Positions 25,645 through 38,297 of a stretch of 64,000 nt of DNA are shown piece by piece. The notes beneath the pieces are model-generated. The model was not told the DNA's origin and made no database searches. It saw only the letters and a list, made by a program, of their open reading frames with translations. Position numbers and translations under genes: made by a program. The DNA comes from Podarcis melisellensis (Eukaryota), in NCBI GenBank assembly GCA_964234715.1, contig OZ174282.1; one strand, given 5' to 3'. Numbering within the stretch: the first letter of the stretch is position 1; every line of letters begins with the position of its first letter.

Positions 25645-28600
25645 CTGCATTGTGCAAACATGTTTTTGCATTGAAAATCCAAACCAAAACCCGCCACGAG
25701 GACACCAGACTTGGACCACTTGGGAATGGAAAGATGGGGGCACCAGGTGTTTCCAGACACCTTGAGCTGCAGAAGCTTCTATTTTATGGCTGCCCTGCTT
25801 GCAGTTTCTTTGCCGCTTTGAGCATAGTTATGGGGAAACAGTTTATTAATTTTAAAAAAATCACAAGAAGACCTGGGTGGGGGCCATGTCTTCTTCAGAT
25901 TGCCAGGAAACAACCTTCCACAGGGCTGGATAAGTTTCACTTCTGAGCAGGGCCAAGTGGAGGAAATGCGAGAAAGTCCCAAGAATGGAGACTTTTCTGC
26001 AGGGAAAAGACCCCAGCCACCTCCTTCCTGGCAACTTGGATGAAAAAGGCCAGATTCTGGGTATTGGTTCAAGCTATGCTGCCCAACCCCTGATTCTAAT
26101 TCCCTCTAGTTCAGTGGTTCCCTAAGTGGGCAGTATTGCCCTCTGGGGGATGGCAGGATTACCTAGGGCAGAGGTTTACAACCTTTTTGGTCCACAGCTC
26201 CCTTGACCAATTACATTCTTTCTGTGACACCCCTGTAGGGCTTAGGAGTCCAGTTATGCCACCCCTTGCCTGCAGAGCTGACAGCCTCTTACCCTTTTCA
26301 GACACCCTCCTTTGTGGAGTGTTTCCTCAGCCTCCTCCCCTTGAGAGTCCTCTGGGCAGCCACTGCTGCCACCCCTGGTCTCTGAAGTCCCCCCACTGCC
26401 CCAAAGAGAGGTGCCTCCTCACACTGCCCCACGGGCCTGGGAAGAGGATGCTCCTAGCCTTAGTGGCCCAACCAAGACTGGTCAGAGGTGAACAAGGGGC
26501 TAGCACCTTACTTTGGGGGTGGCAGCAGGTGCTGCCAGGCCTGCTTGGCAGAAAGGAAAGAGGGAGAGAGGCCAATATTGCCCACAGCACCCCTGACCAT
26601 GGCACCCCAGGGTGCCACGGCACACTGGTTGAGAACCACTGACCTAGGGGAGGCAGGGGGAGTACTGGGAGTGTGAATTTTCAGACTCTGGAAAGCCGGT
26701 ATGACTGAATCAAGTTCATCCATTTTGTGGAATTAATTAAACTAAATAGTTTTAATTGGATTTTGACTAAATGTGCAATTAATTATTACTGCTATGAGTT
26801 TTATTGTGTTACTATCTTCTTTGGTGGGTCATGCAAACCACTATTTTGGCTTTTGGTAGAGTAGGGGCCCCTGGGGATGCGTTTATGGAACAAACAGGAC
26901 GGTGGCCCGAAATTGATTGGGAACCACTGCTCTAGTTAGTCAAGAGGTTTGCAAGCTGTGCTTCTTGCTCCTCCTCCGCTCTTTTACCACATCCTGATCT
27001 AATGACCAACTGCGATTTTGCCACTACGTACCTTCTCTGTTCCCATTTCCGTCTTCACCCATCCTGGATGAAGTGCAACGCAAAGGATCCCGTCATCCTT
27101 GTACTCCAGAGCCTGGCACCGCGTGAGCATGTTCAGTGCCGTCTGAAGAAAGACAGAAGCAGCAGCACCGTGGAGGTTACAGGGTAAACTAGCGAGTCAC
27201 GCAGCTGGATCAGGCCCGCGGCCCATCTGGTCCAGCATCCTCTTTGCCACAGTGGCCAACCAGGTGCTCCAACATGGAACCCAGAAGCTGGGCTGTGGGC
27301 AACAGTTCTCTCCCTTGGGATTGTCAGCTGCTAAGAGAGGCATGCTGCCTTCATCACTGGAGACAATACATAGCCAATGTGGCTAGAAGCTGCGGGTAGC
27401 TCCGCCCTCCTCCACCCATTCGTCCAATCCCTTTTGAAGCCTTCCTGCTTGGTGACCATCACACTGCACCTTGTGGGAGCCAATTCCTAACTATGTGCAA
27501 CAAGGGCTGCGGTCAGTGCTGGATTATGCACTATAAATTCACCCCTCCCAGGAGGCCACAGTGATGTCAGGGGCAACTGTCCCTGGCCCCACTCCCTGTT
27601 GCTGACCCTGCTCCACTTGCACAGATTGGCCAAGATGCAGGCAGGCGGGAGAGGCTGTGCTGCCCACGTTACCTTGCTGCAGCGGTAAGAAATGACGGGG
27701 AACGTGGCCATAGAAGGGGGCCTCCCGATTGAGCTGCCGATGGTGGAGACGTTGATGATGGCAGCCCTGCTGCAGCTCAGCCCCTTTCTGTTGCTCCTCT
27801 TAGCAGCCGTCTTCAGCATGGGCAGAAATGCCTGCAAAGGAAGACAGGCATGGGCAGTCCCTCTGTCCCCTTCCCAGGCCCTCCATCCTTGGTTCCCAAC
27901 ATCTCCTTGGCTGGACCCCTCCTGCATATTTTGTCCCCCTCTCTCTCTTTCTTGGTCAATACGTTATGAGTGTGGCAGGGTATTAGGAAGACAAGCCCCT
28001 GTCTTAGGAAATTCAATGTAAGGAAATAAGCAGGGAGAGCTTTCCGTTAAAGTTGAGGGAGCCTTTTAACATTTCACCTGCTGCTCCCTTCTTTGCCCAG
28101 AAGAATGGATGCCACCTCTAGAAAAGTATGAGGATAAGCTCTACCTGTGTCACCAGCATTGGGCCAATGAGATTGATACGGTAGACACTCAGCATATCTT
28201 CTTTGTCCACCGACTCCAGGGTGCTTGGGGGCATGACGCCCGCGTTGTTGATCAGCAGATTTAGTCCACTTCCGGCCAGGTGGACCTCAACTTCCTTCGC
28301 AGCAGCCTTGATGCTAGCCTCATCCGTAGATTCTGTGGAAAGAGGGCACAGGATTTGTCGTGGAAACACCTTCCTCTCCTTTATAGCTTTCCAGGGCTTC
28401 AGAGAGAAGACTTTCCCAGGACAACCTGGAAAAGCTGGGCCTGGGGAACTGAACCTGGGACCATCTGCGTGGCAAAGAGCTACAGCTGTTCTCCATGGGT
28501 TTGGTCACATTTGTTCTTTCCCTCATCCTCCTCAGCCTTGTCCCCATCAAGACTGAGAAAGGGTTCTCTGCTCAAGGCAAAAGCCTCTGCCCGTCAACCG

Positions 28601-28918
28601 CAGACAATCCCTTGTATACCTGGAATATCTCCTCTCCTGTTGTTCAGCCTGGACACTGAGATCCAGCTCCAAGGGCCTTCTAGCAGTTCCCCCCCATGAG
28701 AAGTGAAGCTACAGGGAACCAGGCAGAGGGCCTTCTCAGTAGAGGCACCCTCCCTGTGGAACACCCTCCCATCGGATGTCAAGGAGATAAGTAACTATAT
28801 GACTTTTTAGAAGACATCTGAAGGCAGCCCTGTATTGGGAAGTTTTAAATGTTTGACGTTTTATTAAGTTTTTATATGTGTTGGAAGCTGCGCTGGGGCC
28901 ACGCATCTTGATAGGCAG

Positions 28919-28964
<46 letters not shown>

Positions 28965-31900
28965 GATGATACTGGGTTGGATGAGCCCATGATCAGATTC
29001 AAGTAATGCCCAGCATGATGGTATCAAATACAAGTCATGTTAATCCAGGGATATAGAACCTGGGAAACAGCAACACAGGAAAGAAAGGCATTAGGGGGCC
29101 CTTGGAGAGAGGGAAAGTCAAAGGTGAACATGGAAGAAAAAGCTATCAGTGGCTACGAGGCATGATGGTTATGCTCTGCCTCTACCAGTTGCTGGAAACC
29201 GTAGGAGGAGAGAGCCATCGTCTCCCCCTCAGCTGTAGGGCGACTGAGGGAGAGGCAGTAGGCAGACGCAAGTCCCATGCTGCCATTTCAGGCAGCACGG
29301 AACCTGCAGGCACCTAAGCCACCTAAACGTCACTCCTAAAACGTTTCATGAGCCCAATTTTAATTTTTAAATTTTTAACTCATTTAGTCACACACACACA
29401 CACCCGTGATGACACCCGGGCCCGGCCGGCCGCACCCCCACACCCCCTTTCCTCCACCACTGGGAGAGAGGGATCTTGTGCTTGAGTCCTGTTTGTGGTT
29501 TCCCTCAGGCATTTGGTTGACCACTGTGAGAACAGGATGCTGGACTAGATGGGCCACTGGCTTCATCTAGCAGGCAGGCTCTTTGTGTTGCTATTATATG
29601 TGCCATTGCATATCAGGCAGGTGCCCCTCTTGCCATTTATCTACACCAGTCTATCTCCACTATTTCTTCTATCATCTTGTTCCACCTCTATCTTGTTCCA
29701 GATTGTAGCACAATAAAAACAACAACACAATATACAAGAAATAAAAGAAGTAATTAAAATTCAGTTAAAAGCCGTGCATCCAGCCCAGCACATTAAGATT
29801 GGGACAAGAGGCAGAAATATCGTTAAGTGGTCTGTGATTTTCAGTCACCTTCAGTGATTTTCAAATACTGTAGTCTTTTGTTATGGGGAGTGTCTGGGAA
29901 CCACAGCCACAAACCTCAAAGTGATTTCATAGTAAAAACATGAACAATAAAAGCAATGACAATATAAATAAAACCATTTCCATATGTAAGGAATTCCATA
30001 TATATAAACAACTAAAAACAATTCCATGTGGAAAAGCTATTTCAAATCCAGCACGGATACTGACCAGGTTAAAGAACTCCACTTTAAAAAAGCTTTTATA
30101 AAGAAGTTTTTGAAAAGAAAACAACCTGTTTCTCATCTCTGCAGTGAAGCCTGAGGCTTGTATTCTCAAAAATGTTGGAACTCACAGGAGGAGAATACTG
30201 TTAGTTTTATAAAACACAGCACCACTCCCTCCCCCCACCTGTGATTCCAGCAACTAGCATGCAGAGACATTACCCATTGTGACTAGTATTGATACCCGAT
30301 TCCATTGATACCCGATTCCTCCATGAATTTGTCTAATCCTCTTGGTAGCCATCTTTGCCTCCTGTTTATGCATTGTGTGAAAAAGCACTTTCTGTTGTGT
30401 GCCCTGAATCTTTCAACAGTCAGCTAATGCAAACAAACCTAATACAACTCTCAGGAAGATGTATTGTAATGCAGGCTTGCCAGAACAGCTACAGCCTTTT
30501 GTATGGAAGCCACTCAGTTAATCTGGCAGTGATAGTTAACTGGCACAAACTTTATAATCCTCTTCAAGATACATGCCTGGGCCCGGCAAATAATCCTACC
30601 TTCATTTATTTAAAAACCTGCCAAAGGCCCCCTTTGCACCACTTTAAACAAGCATGGCTTCCCCCAAAGTATCCTGGGAACAGTAGTTTGTTACAGTGCT
30701 ACAGTTCCCAGCGTCCTCTAGAGGAAGGATGTATTGTTAAACCACTCTGGGAACGGTAGCTCTGTGAGGAGACGAGGGGTCTTGCCTAACAACTCCCAAT
30801 ACCCTTAACAAACTACGGTTCCCAGGATTCCTTGGGGGGAAGCCATGGCTAAAGTAGTGCTTTAAATGTACAGTGCAGATGGGAGTTGTAGTCCAAAACA
30901 AGTGGAGGATCCCAGGTTGAGGGAGACTGATCTACCTTGAGTAGCTGAGTGAGTAGAAATGACCTTGCCTCACCTCTGCAGGAGGCCACCCTGAATAAGC
31001 CTTTCCCCTTCAAAATGAACAGAGCAAAGAGATGTGAGGATTCTGCCTGGAGCATAACTAACACATTGTGACAGGAGGCACTTAATAAATGAATGTTCAG
31101 CTATCCACCCTAAATGGAGCCACAGGGCATGTTGGTTTCTGCAGTTCTAAGATTAAAGAACTGAAATGGAATAGAAGAAAATAAATAAGACGAAAGTCAT
31201 ACCCAGCTGCAGAATCACGAGGCCGGGATGTTTAGAAGCCAGCGATCTCAGTTCCTAAAAGGAGAAAAAGGGGGTCATGTGCGAAAGAAACCCTCAAGGC
31301 TTCCTCAGTGCTGCTGTAAAAATGTCAAATGCTAGACCCAGAAAAGTCTGAGGCCCAAGCATGTTTGCATCATTTCACTTACTTTGCACAAATTGTTTTG
31401 CTTTCGTTCGAGTTATATGGGGCACTCTAGACTGCTCAGTGTTACTCAGCCTCTGGCTTCTGAGATTTTAGCAGACATTGACTGGCTTTGCAGTTTTTTC
31501 GAAGCCACAGGAGTCAGAAAGGTGAGAATCTCAAGAAGCTAGTTTTTTCTGCTGCTGCAGAATCACAGCAGACATACAACTCTGCAGATACTGAATAAGT
31601 GCCAGGCCCCCAAGGACCTCAGGGACTTCTGGTGTAACCTGTGCTGTTATTATTAATTGCATTTATAGCCCACCTTTTTCCTTTAAGGATCTTGAGGTGA
31701 CGTACATTGTTCTCCCCCTTATTTAATTCCCACAACAACTGTGTGAAGTCAGTTAGGCGGAGAGGCAGTGGCTGGTTCAAGGGCACCCTCCCAGGTCCTA
31801 GTCCAGGACTCTAACCACAATATCACACAGGCAGCATAGTAGAGTACATTCTCTTCTCTCTCTCTCTCCCTCTCCCTCTCCCTCTCCCTCTCTCCCCCCC

Positions 31901-33683
31901 TCCCCCTGGGGAAGGAATTGTACCCTAAATGAGAACTATGGAAACTCTCAGGAAACAAAATGTTAAGAAGGCATTCCGTCCCCTACCCCTCCCAACCCCC
32001 ACAAGGCAAATATAGGAACAAAAGAAAGAGGAACAGGGTGACCAGTGATGGAAACCAGAAAATGTGGATTCTCGGAACATAAAGGATAAAATAATAGAGA
32101 GCTTTCTCTTAAAAACAAAAAAACCCCAAAGCTTTTCAACGTATGATACAATACAGTAAAAGCCAAAGTAATCTAAATGAAAACAGAAAACAAAACAAGA
32201 CAAACACACAAAAGGAAGGGTGGAGACACAAAGGCCTCTATCAGAGGTGCATCTTAACCCTTGTACCACACAAAAGGTGGTGGACTCTCCCAGCTCTCAC
32301 CTGGGAGCTTCTCTTCTCCCAGGCTGCCTCCCTGGAAGATCTTCCCTTTCCTGCCTCTCATGCAGGCTGTAAGGGAGAGCTTTCCCTTTGTAGCTTATGC
32401 TGAGCAGTTTTAGCCGAAAAGATGGTAAACGCTTGCTAATTATTATCATCATCATTTCTTACCCACCTGTCTCCATAAGGTTCCAAGGTAGGTTGCAGTA
32501 ATGGAAAAACACAATCTTATTTTGTAAAAACACAATCTGTCAAACAAGCCTTTTAAACTGAGATCTTTCCCAGCCTGCACCTGTATTTGAATGGTTTTTA
32601 AGATGTGTTAAATGGGGGGGGGGTTATCGTATTATAGCTTGCTGCTTGTTGCCCTGGGCTTCTTTAGGAGCAAGGGCAGCTTATAAATCTTAAAGATAAT
32701 AATAATAATTTTAAAATGAGGTAAAAACAATTTACAATAAAGAGAATAGGGTGGGTCCTAAAAACACACATCTCAGGGGTCAACAGCCAGGGTCAAGAGG
32801 TGCACGACACGATGAGAGCTGAAGGTGCTGGATGCATTTTTGTGGAAAGGGGATACCACAGCTCAGGGGCTGCTACAAAGAACACCCGCTCTCCCTTAGC
32901 CACCGCCCCATGGAACTTCTGAATGGAGTGGAACTACCGGTAACTTTCTTGCACAGCTCCCTTTCTCTCTCTCAGCCTGGAATCGGATGTGAAAAACTGT
33001 CACTTCCTAAAAGGATGGTCAGCTCTGAAGTTGGGGATGAGTGAATCTGTCCATTTCAGTTGCTCATTTCCCCAATCTTTAGTTCCCCATGGTGGAATCT
33101 ACACACGTTAAAAATGTCATGAACATGCTTTTTAAAAAATTGTTTTGATAAAGACATTGAATTTGCTATAGCTCACCACAATTGTATATTTCACTTTACC
33201 ACACATTTACAAACCTTTTATTTGTAAGCAGAGCCCCATATTTCCAGTTTGCTATTTTTCTGTTTTAAAAGTCCTCATGAGAATTCATCATAATTTCAGT
33301 GTGGATTTATTCTAACATGCACAATTTCTGCAAAGCAATTTCCCCTAATAGAATGTGTTTTGGTATGTTCTCGCTGCTCTATGCAATTATATGCACGCTT
33401 TGCCATAGTACGTGGCTGGGGATGCTCATTAAGTGGGAATTCCAAAACGGTGGCTCACGGATACCTCTGGAAAGTGCAAAGCAGGTACGTTTGCATTTAA
33501 CTGAAACTAACCTCTTTCCCATCCCTACGGTCTCACCTGGCTTTTTCCTCCATGTGGATCCCTGCATGTGGCGAAGACCCATTTTGGTGGTTCTCGTAGT
33601 TGCAGGAGCTGCTTCACCATTTCCAGCCCGATACCCCGATTGGCTCCTGTGACCAGGACGCTGTGGAAATGGGCCCCAGACAT
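25531..33683 (-). CDS. C-factor/CsgA-like (sniffer-like) classical short-chain dehydrogenase/reductase, join(33537-33683,31203-31254,28145-28332,27673-27831,27032-27142,25531-25644), 256 aa
   Basis: 771 nt, phases consistent, GT-AG sites. TGANRGIG nucleotide-binding motif, FATCRDP, LLINNAG, catalytic YRCSK, LHPGWVKTEMG, C-terminal LVDWEGRIVPW typical of CsgA-like SDRs. Confidence 0.93.
26112..26929. mobile_element. hAT-type MITE (outer)
   Basis: TIR CAGTGGTTCCC / GGGAACCACTG; perfect TSD CTCTAGTT. Confidence 0.85.
26169..26641. mobile_element. hAT-type MITE (nested, inner)
   Basis: TIR CAGAGGTTTACAACC / GGTTGAGAACCACTG; perfect TSD ACCTAGGG. Confidence 0.85.
27032..27142 (-). CDS. SDR exon 5
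   Basis: TALNMLTRCQALEYKDDGILCVALHPGWVKTEMGTEK. Confidence 0.93.
27673..27831 (-). CDS. SDR exon 4
   Basis: AFLPMLKTAA...LSCSRAAIINVSTIGSSI...ISYRCSK. Confidence 0.93.
28145..28332 (-). CDS. SDR exon 3
   Basis: STDEASIKAAAKEVEVHLAGSGLNLLINNAGV...INLIGPMLVTQ. Confidence 0.93.
28605..28964 (+). mobile_element. L2-like LINE 3' end with (TAA)n tail
   Basis: AGGGCCTTCTCAGTAGAGGCACCCTCCCTGTGGAAC motif, also present reverse-complemented at ~47100-47290; microsatellite tail 28921-28964. Confidence 0.7.
31203..31254 (-). CDS. SDR exon 2
   Basis: ELRSLASKHPGLVILQL; TTTTAG acceptor, GTATG donor. Confidence 0.9.
33537..33683 (-). CDS. SDR exon 1
   Basis: MSGAHFHSVLVTGANRGIGLEMVKQLLQLREPPKWVFATCRDPHGGKSQ, donor GTGAG. 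Confidence 0.92.
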
Positions 33684-33780
33684 CACCGACTTGGATGCAG
33701 ACCCTCTACTCTTGCTATCCGTCTATTTCCTCTGCACTCAAATTTGAGCTGGCACTGTTTGCCCTTGCTGGTTCCCGCCT

Positions 33781-33787
33781 ATTTATA
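33781..33787 (-). promoter_or_regulatory. TATA box of the SDR gene
   Basis: TATAAAT(AGGCGGG) about 100 nt upstream of the ATG at 33683; no CpG island. Confidence 0.6.
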
Positions 33788-34626
33788 CTTTACTGCTACG
33801 GAGACCAGCTTTTGTTCGGGGATTTGTTAAGGGAGTTGATGCTATGTTTTGTAATTATGACTCATGGCAGAAATCTCTGGGTAAACAAACACACACTGGA
33901 AGTTTTGGGCTGAAAGGAGACTCTGCAGGAAATCACAGCGTACTGAATGTATTAGGCATGGCAAACTATGCAGCCTAGTTCATAAATACAGCAGAAATCC
34001 TTATAAGACTAAAGGGTTTCTGGAATGGAAAACAACCCCAATTTGTGGCAAACTCAGCCAAAAGTGAAAAATTTTGGGTGGATGCCCTGCGGCCCAAGCA
34101 CACATTTTCGTAAGACCGTAGCTTGAAGTAACGATCCTTGAAACAGAAAGCACAATAAAAGGTACTGTTTCTAAAAAGTAGGGCACAGGACTGGCAGGAG
34201 GTTTAAAACATGTGGGAAAATGACTGGGAGATAATAAAAAGAGAGAGAGAAGACCAATGGATTAAAATCTGAAATTCCTGCATAAATCTACTTCTGCCAG
34301 CGTTAGAGAGTTAAAGCTGAAAAATTGCATTTGCCACCCCAATCTCTGAGCGGTGAGAGATTCCAGGGTTTCCAGGTGCTTATCCAGAGTTTAGTCAACA
34401 GAGACTAGAGTGCCTTTAGGAAATATGGTTTTATTTACACATACCAACAACCTGCGGATAAGATAGTAGGGCTCACTGCATTAACGCCCAACAGATTTTG
34501 TTTCTCCATTAGTCCCAGCTTTGGATCCAGCACAAAGCAAGCCTGCCATGGAATTTTAGATGTATATAGGGATACTAATTGTCCTGCAGACAGCTCTCTG
34601 CTGTGGGGGCTTGGATCTTTCTTTTT

Positions 34627-35014
34627 GCTTTGCTTTTTGAAATAATTTTTATTTGATTTTACAAGTGTAGAATTATAGCAATACAAAATACATATCCATA
34701 TTTAGAGATTTATCTGGATCTCCAGACTTCCCACCCTCCCCTCCCCGGGTCCTTTTGTCAACTTTTTCAACTGCATAATCCATGTTTTATATCTCCCCAT
34801 ATTGTCCATGATAATTGCTACAAATGTTATTAAAATCCTGCTAATGTTTTCATCTGCTTACAGAGGTCTCCTAAATTAATTATATTTTTTTCTTTATTGA
34901 AGTCTTTGTCCTCTTGGTTCCTGAGCTTTCCGGTCACTTTTGCCATTTCGGTGTACTCCCAAAGGCTTGGTTTGCCATTCCTCTCCGGTAGGGACTTTGT
35001 CTTCTTTCCATCTC
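34627..35014 (-). mobile_element. 5'-truncated L1-type LINE 3' end inserted in the duplicated block
   Basis: Degenerate ORF2 C-terminus-like reading (WKEDKVPTGEEWQTK), A-rich tail, flanking GATCTTT(C/T)TTTT duplication; absent from the paralogous block at ~22545-22560. Confidence 0.7.
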
Positions 35015-35269
35015 AGATCTTTTTTTCTAACCCTACAAGTGCCTGGACAATTTGCCTCTCATCCAGGGTCCAGTCCTACTACTCTTGCCAGCCCATGGTT
35101 ACTCCTCAAGCCCCATCTCGTGCAGAGTCTTGACCTGTTATCTGCAGATTCAGAAATGCTTCCTCCAGAGATCTGGGGATGGTGGAGATTGCAGGTGTTT
35201 ACTGGTCCATCTTTGGAAAATAGATCTTTGCATTCTCACGTTTGAGGCCACCGCAGCATCAATTCATTT

Positions 35270-35297
35270 GGTGTGTGTGTGTGTGTGTGTGTGTGTG
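35270..35297. repeat. (GT)n microsatellite
   Basis: Directly visible. Confidence 0.95.
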
Positions 35298-36631
35298 GAA
35301 GAGATGGCACTTGGATGAGCCACTGGTCAGACTCAAGTAATGCCTAGCATAAGGATATCAAATGCAGGTCATGTTGAGCTGGGGATATAGAACCTGGGAA
35401 GGGCAGAGCTCAAATGACTATTTTTTTTCATAAATGGCATAGTTTTATTTCTTATACAAATACTGAGGCACTCTGTGTCATCTGTCTATGGAAATATCTG
35501 GCCTGTAGAGAACCGTTACTAATAATGTTGCCTTGTAATAATGTTACAACTCACAGGAGGAGAATACTGTTATTTTTTATAAAACGCAGCACACCCTACA
35601 TTTGTGATTCCGGTATCTGGCATGCAGAGATGTTAGCCATCGTAACTAGTAGCCACCAATAGCTGTGTCCTCTATGTCTAATCATTTTTGGTGGTCATTT
35701 TTGCCTCCTATGGGAACAAGTTCCAAAGTTTATTCACTGTGTGAAAAAGCACTTTCTGTTGTGTGCCCTGGATCTTTCAACGTTCAGCTAATGAAAGCAA
35801 ACCTAATACAACTCTCAGGAAAATGAGTGGTGGAGATTCAGCTGCCAACTAAACTGTGCTTTAAAAAAACAGCCACCACCCTGAGCATTGTAATGCAGGC
35901 CTGCCAGAACAGCTACAGCCTTTTGTATGGAAGCCACTCAGTTAATCTGGGAGTGGTAGTTAACTGGCACAAAGTTTATAATCCTCTTTAAGATACATGC
36001 TTGGGCCTGGCAAATAATCCTACCTTTATTTATTTAAAAACCTGCCAAAGGCCCCCTTTGCACCACTTTAAACAAGCATGGCTTCCCCCAAAGTATCCTG
36101 GGAAAAGTAGTTTGTTACAGTGCTACAGTTCCCAGAGTCCTCTAAAGGATGGATGGATTGTTAAACCACTCTGGGAACTGTAGCTCTGTGAGGAGACGAG
36201 GGGTCTTGCCTAACAACTCCCAACACCCTTAACAAACTACGGTTCCCAGGATTCCTTGGGGGAAATCCATGGCTAAAGTAGTTCTTTAAATGTAGAGTGC
36301 AGATGGGAGCCGTAGTCCAAAAGAAGTGGAGGACCTTGTACCTTGAGTACTTGTGAGTACAGATGGCCTTGCCCCATTTCTATAGGTGGCCTCCCTGAAT
36401 AAGTCTTTCCCCTGGGGCGCAACGAACACATTGTGACAGGAGGCACTTAATAAATGAATGTTCAGCTACCCACCCTTAATGGACCCAGAGGGCATGTTGG
36501 TTTCTGCAGATCTAAGATGAAAGAACTGAAATGGAATAAAAGAAAAAACAACAACACGAAAGCCATACCCAGTTGCAGGAGGGGCGGACCTTGGTAATAT
36601 AGCACCCTGGGCATGCGAGGCCAGAAGTTCT

Positions 36632-36633
<2 letters not shown>

Positions 36634-36663
<30 letters not shown>
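36634..36663. repeat. (CA)n microsatellite
   Basis: Directly visible. Confidence 0.95.
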
Positions 36664-36664
<1 letters not shown>

Positions 36665-37871
36665 CTCAAAGCTACCTTCCTTCCCAAACCAGCTAAGGGA
36701 GGCACAGGCTTTAGGAAGGAGGCACGAGACTCTGGCAGGGTCTTAGAGCCCTCCTTCCCAAAGCTGGGCAAGCCCTAACTAGACTTTGGGAGAGAAGCAG
36801 GAAGGGTAGCTACAGACTGCTTATTTGGTGAATGATGGGAAGAAAAAGTAGCAAACACCCCAAATACCTGGGGATTCCTTTTCCCTTTTCAACATGTGGC
36901 TCTTAAAACCAGATTAATGTTTTAATCTCATCAGCTATTTGGAAGTGATGCCAACAGAATAAAATATTTAAAGAATTTAAGAGGTAAAGGGTGGGGGAAT
37001 AGGAACAAGCAAGCATTTCATGATTAAAGACCAACATTGTTTTCCTGCTACTTAGCCGGTTAATTGGCTGCTATTAAAACTTTCTGTTTGGAAACAGTGC
37101 ATTAACACATAAGTTTATTTATTAATAATGCATTCTATGCAGAAAAGAAGAGTTATGTTTTCTATAAATACACAAAGTAACTAGGTTCCACGCCAAGGGA
37201 CCAGCTAAATTAATAAAGACACCAATTTGGATTGGGTAGAGAACCAAGTTCTAAGAATATGCTGCAGTTAAATCAAAATAACACCACCAAGGACCAGGCC
37301 TACCTTGAAATCCCTACATTACCTTAGAACAGGTGTTGGGAATTCAGGCTGGATCCTGGACTGCAGTGAGTCAATTTGACTAGTAGGTGGCGCCACTCAC
37401 AGTCATCTGATGTCACCATGTCAGGCAACCTTTTTTCCCATTGAGGTCAAACTGTGCTGCAGAGGAACTTCCCAGTGAACTGAAGCAGGGGTTGAAATTC
37501 AACTGATCAGCTGGCTGGCTCTGGCTTCAAGCCCTCATTTCAGCAGGTTGTCTGCATTACAGAATTCTGCAACAGGAACTCTGCAGTGCAGTCAATCTCC
37601 ACTGAGCAGTGCCGACTTCAAGACCAGCTTTCCACCGGGGTTGCCTGCACTAGTTTTCCATAGGAACCTAGAGAGTCATGTCCCAATTCCAGGACCCAAC
37701 TTTACCAATCTCTTTGCAGGCCCCCCCCGAACAAGCAATAGTGTTCTTTAGAGTGGTTTTTTAAAAACTCATTCAGTGTTACAAAATTTCTTTACTCGAC
37801 CTCATTTTAAAACTGTTTTAAGAATCATCACACAATTAGTAAGGAAGAAAAGCTGAAGAAATGCACCCTAA

Positions 37872-38297
37872 TTTTTTTTTTTTTTTACAACACTTAAAAT
37901 TTTATTGGACATGAAACCGTCTACAGAGGTATAATCCTGAACCACAACACCTTGCCCCACCGGGGCGTACATTTACGAAGTCAAAGCTTCATTGCAAATC
38001 ACTGCCGAGGCACCCAGGAAAGTGACATATTCCTGGAAGTTCACCACTTGGTCCCCATTGTGGTCCAGATCTTTCATTAATGCCTGTATCTCTCCGCCCT
38101 GCAGTTTCGGCCCAATGGTCAGCTCATTCTGGATCAACTCCTTCAACTCCTCCTTACATAGGCTGCTCTTATCACCATCCTTGCAAGCATATTTGTGGAA
38201 GGTGGCAACCAGCAAACCAACAGCTTGGGTCAAGAGGTGCTGCCATGGTGAGAGATCTGAAGTAAGATGGTCTAGTGCTGAGTGGCAGGAAGTGGTC
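37872..38297 (-). pseudogene. S100A6: Processed (retro) copy of S100A6-like calcyclin
   Basis: Intronless. Native ATG at 38246 (MAAPLD) followed by one extra C, then [13 protein letters not shown]...[41 protein letters not shown], stop 37973-37975. AATAAA 37901-37906, A15 tail 37872-37886, TSD AAATGCA(C/T)CCTA at 37859-37870 and 38298-38309. Confidence 0.92.

Larger units (their letters stand above)
34549..36578 (-). pseudogene. Relic of a tandemly duplicated SDR locus (intron 2, exon 2 donor and 3' flank only)
   Basis: Direct-repeat blocks ~34549-35270 = ~22475-22800, ~35310-35400 = ~28975-29087, ~35540-36578 = ~30170-31212; ends with CTGCAACTGG|GTATG matching the exon 2 end CTGCAGCTGG|GTATG. 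Confidence 0.8.

Noticed and set aside
28736-29002. Poly-Ile ORF
   Set aside because: Translation of the (TAA)n microsatellite tail.
30355-30759. 134-aa ORF nearly repeated at 36001-36183
   Set aside because: The similarity reflects the intronic duplication and a repeat, not coding conservation.
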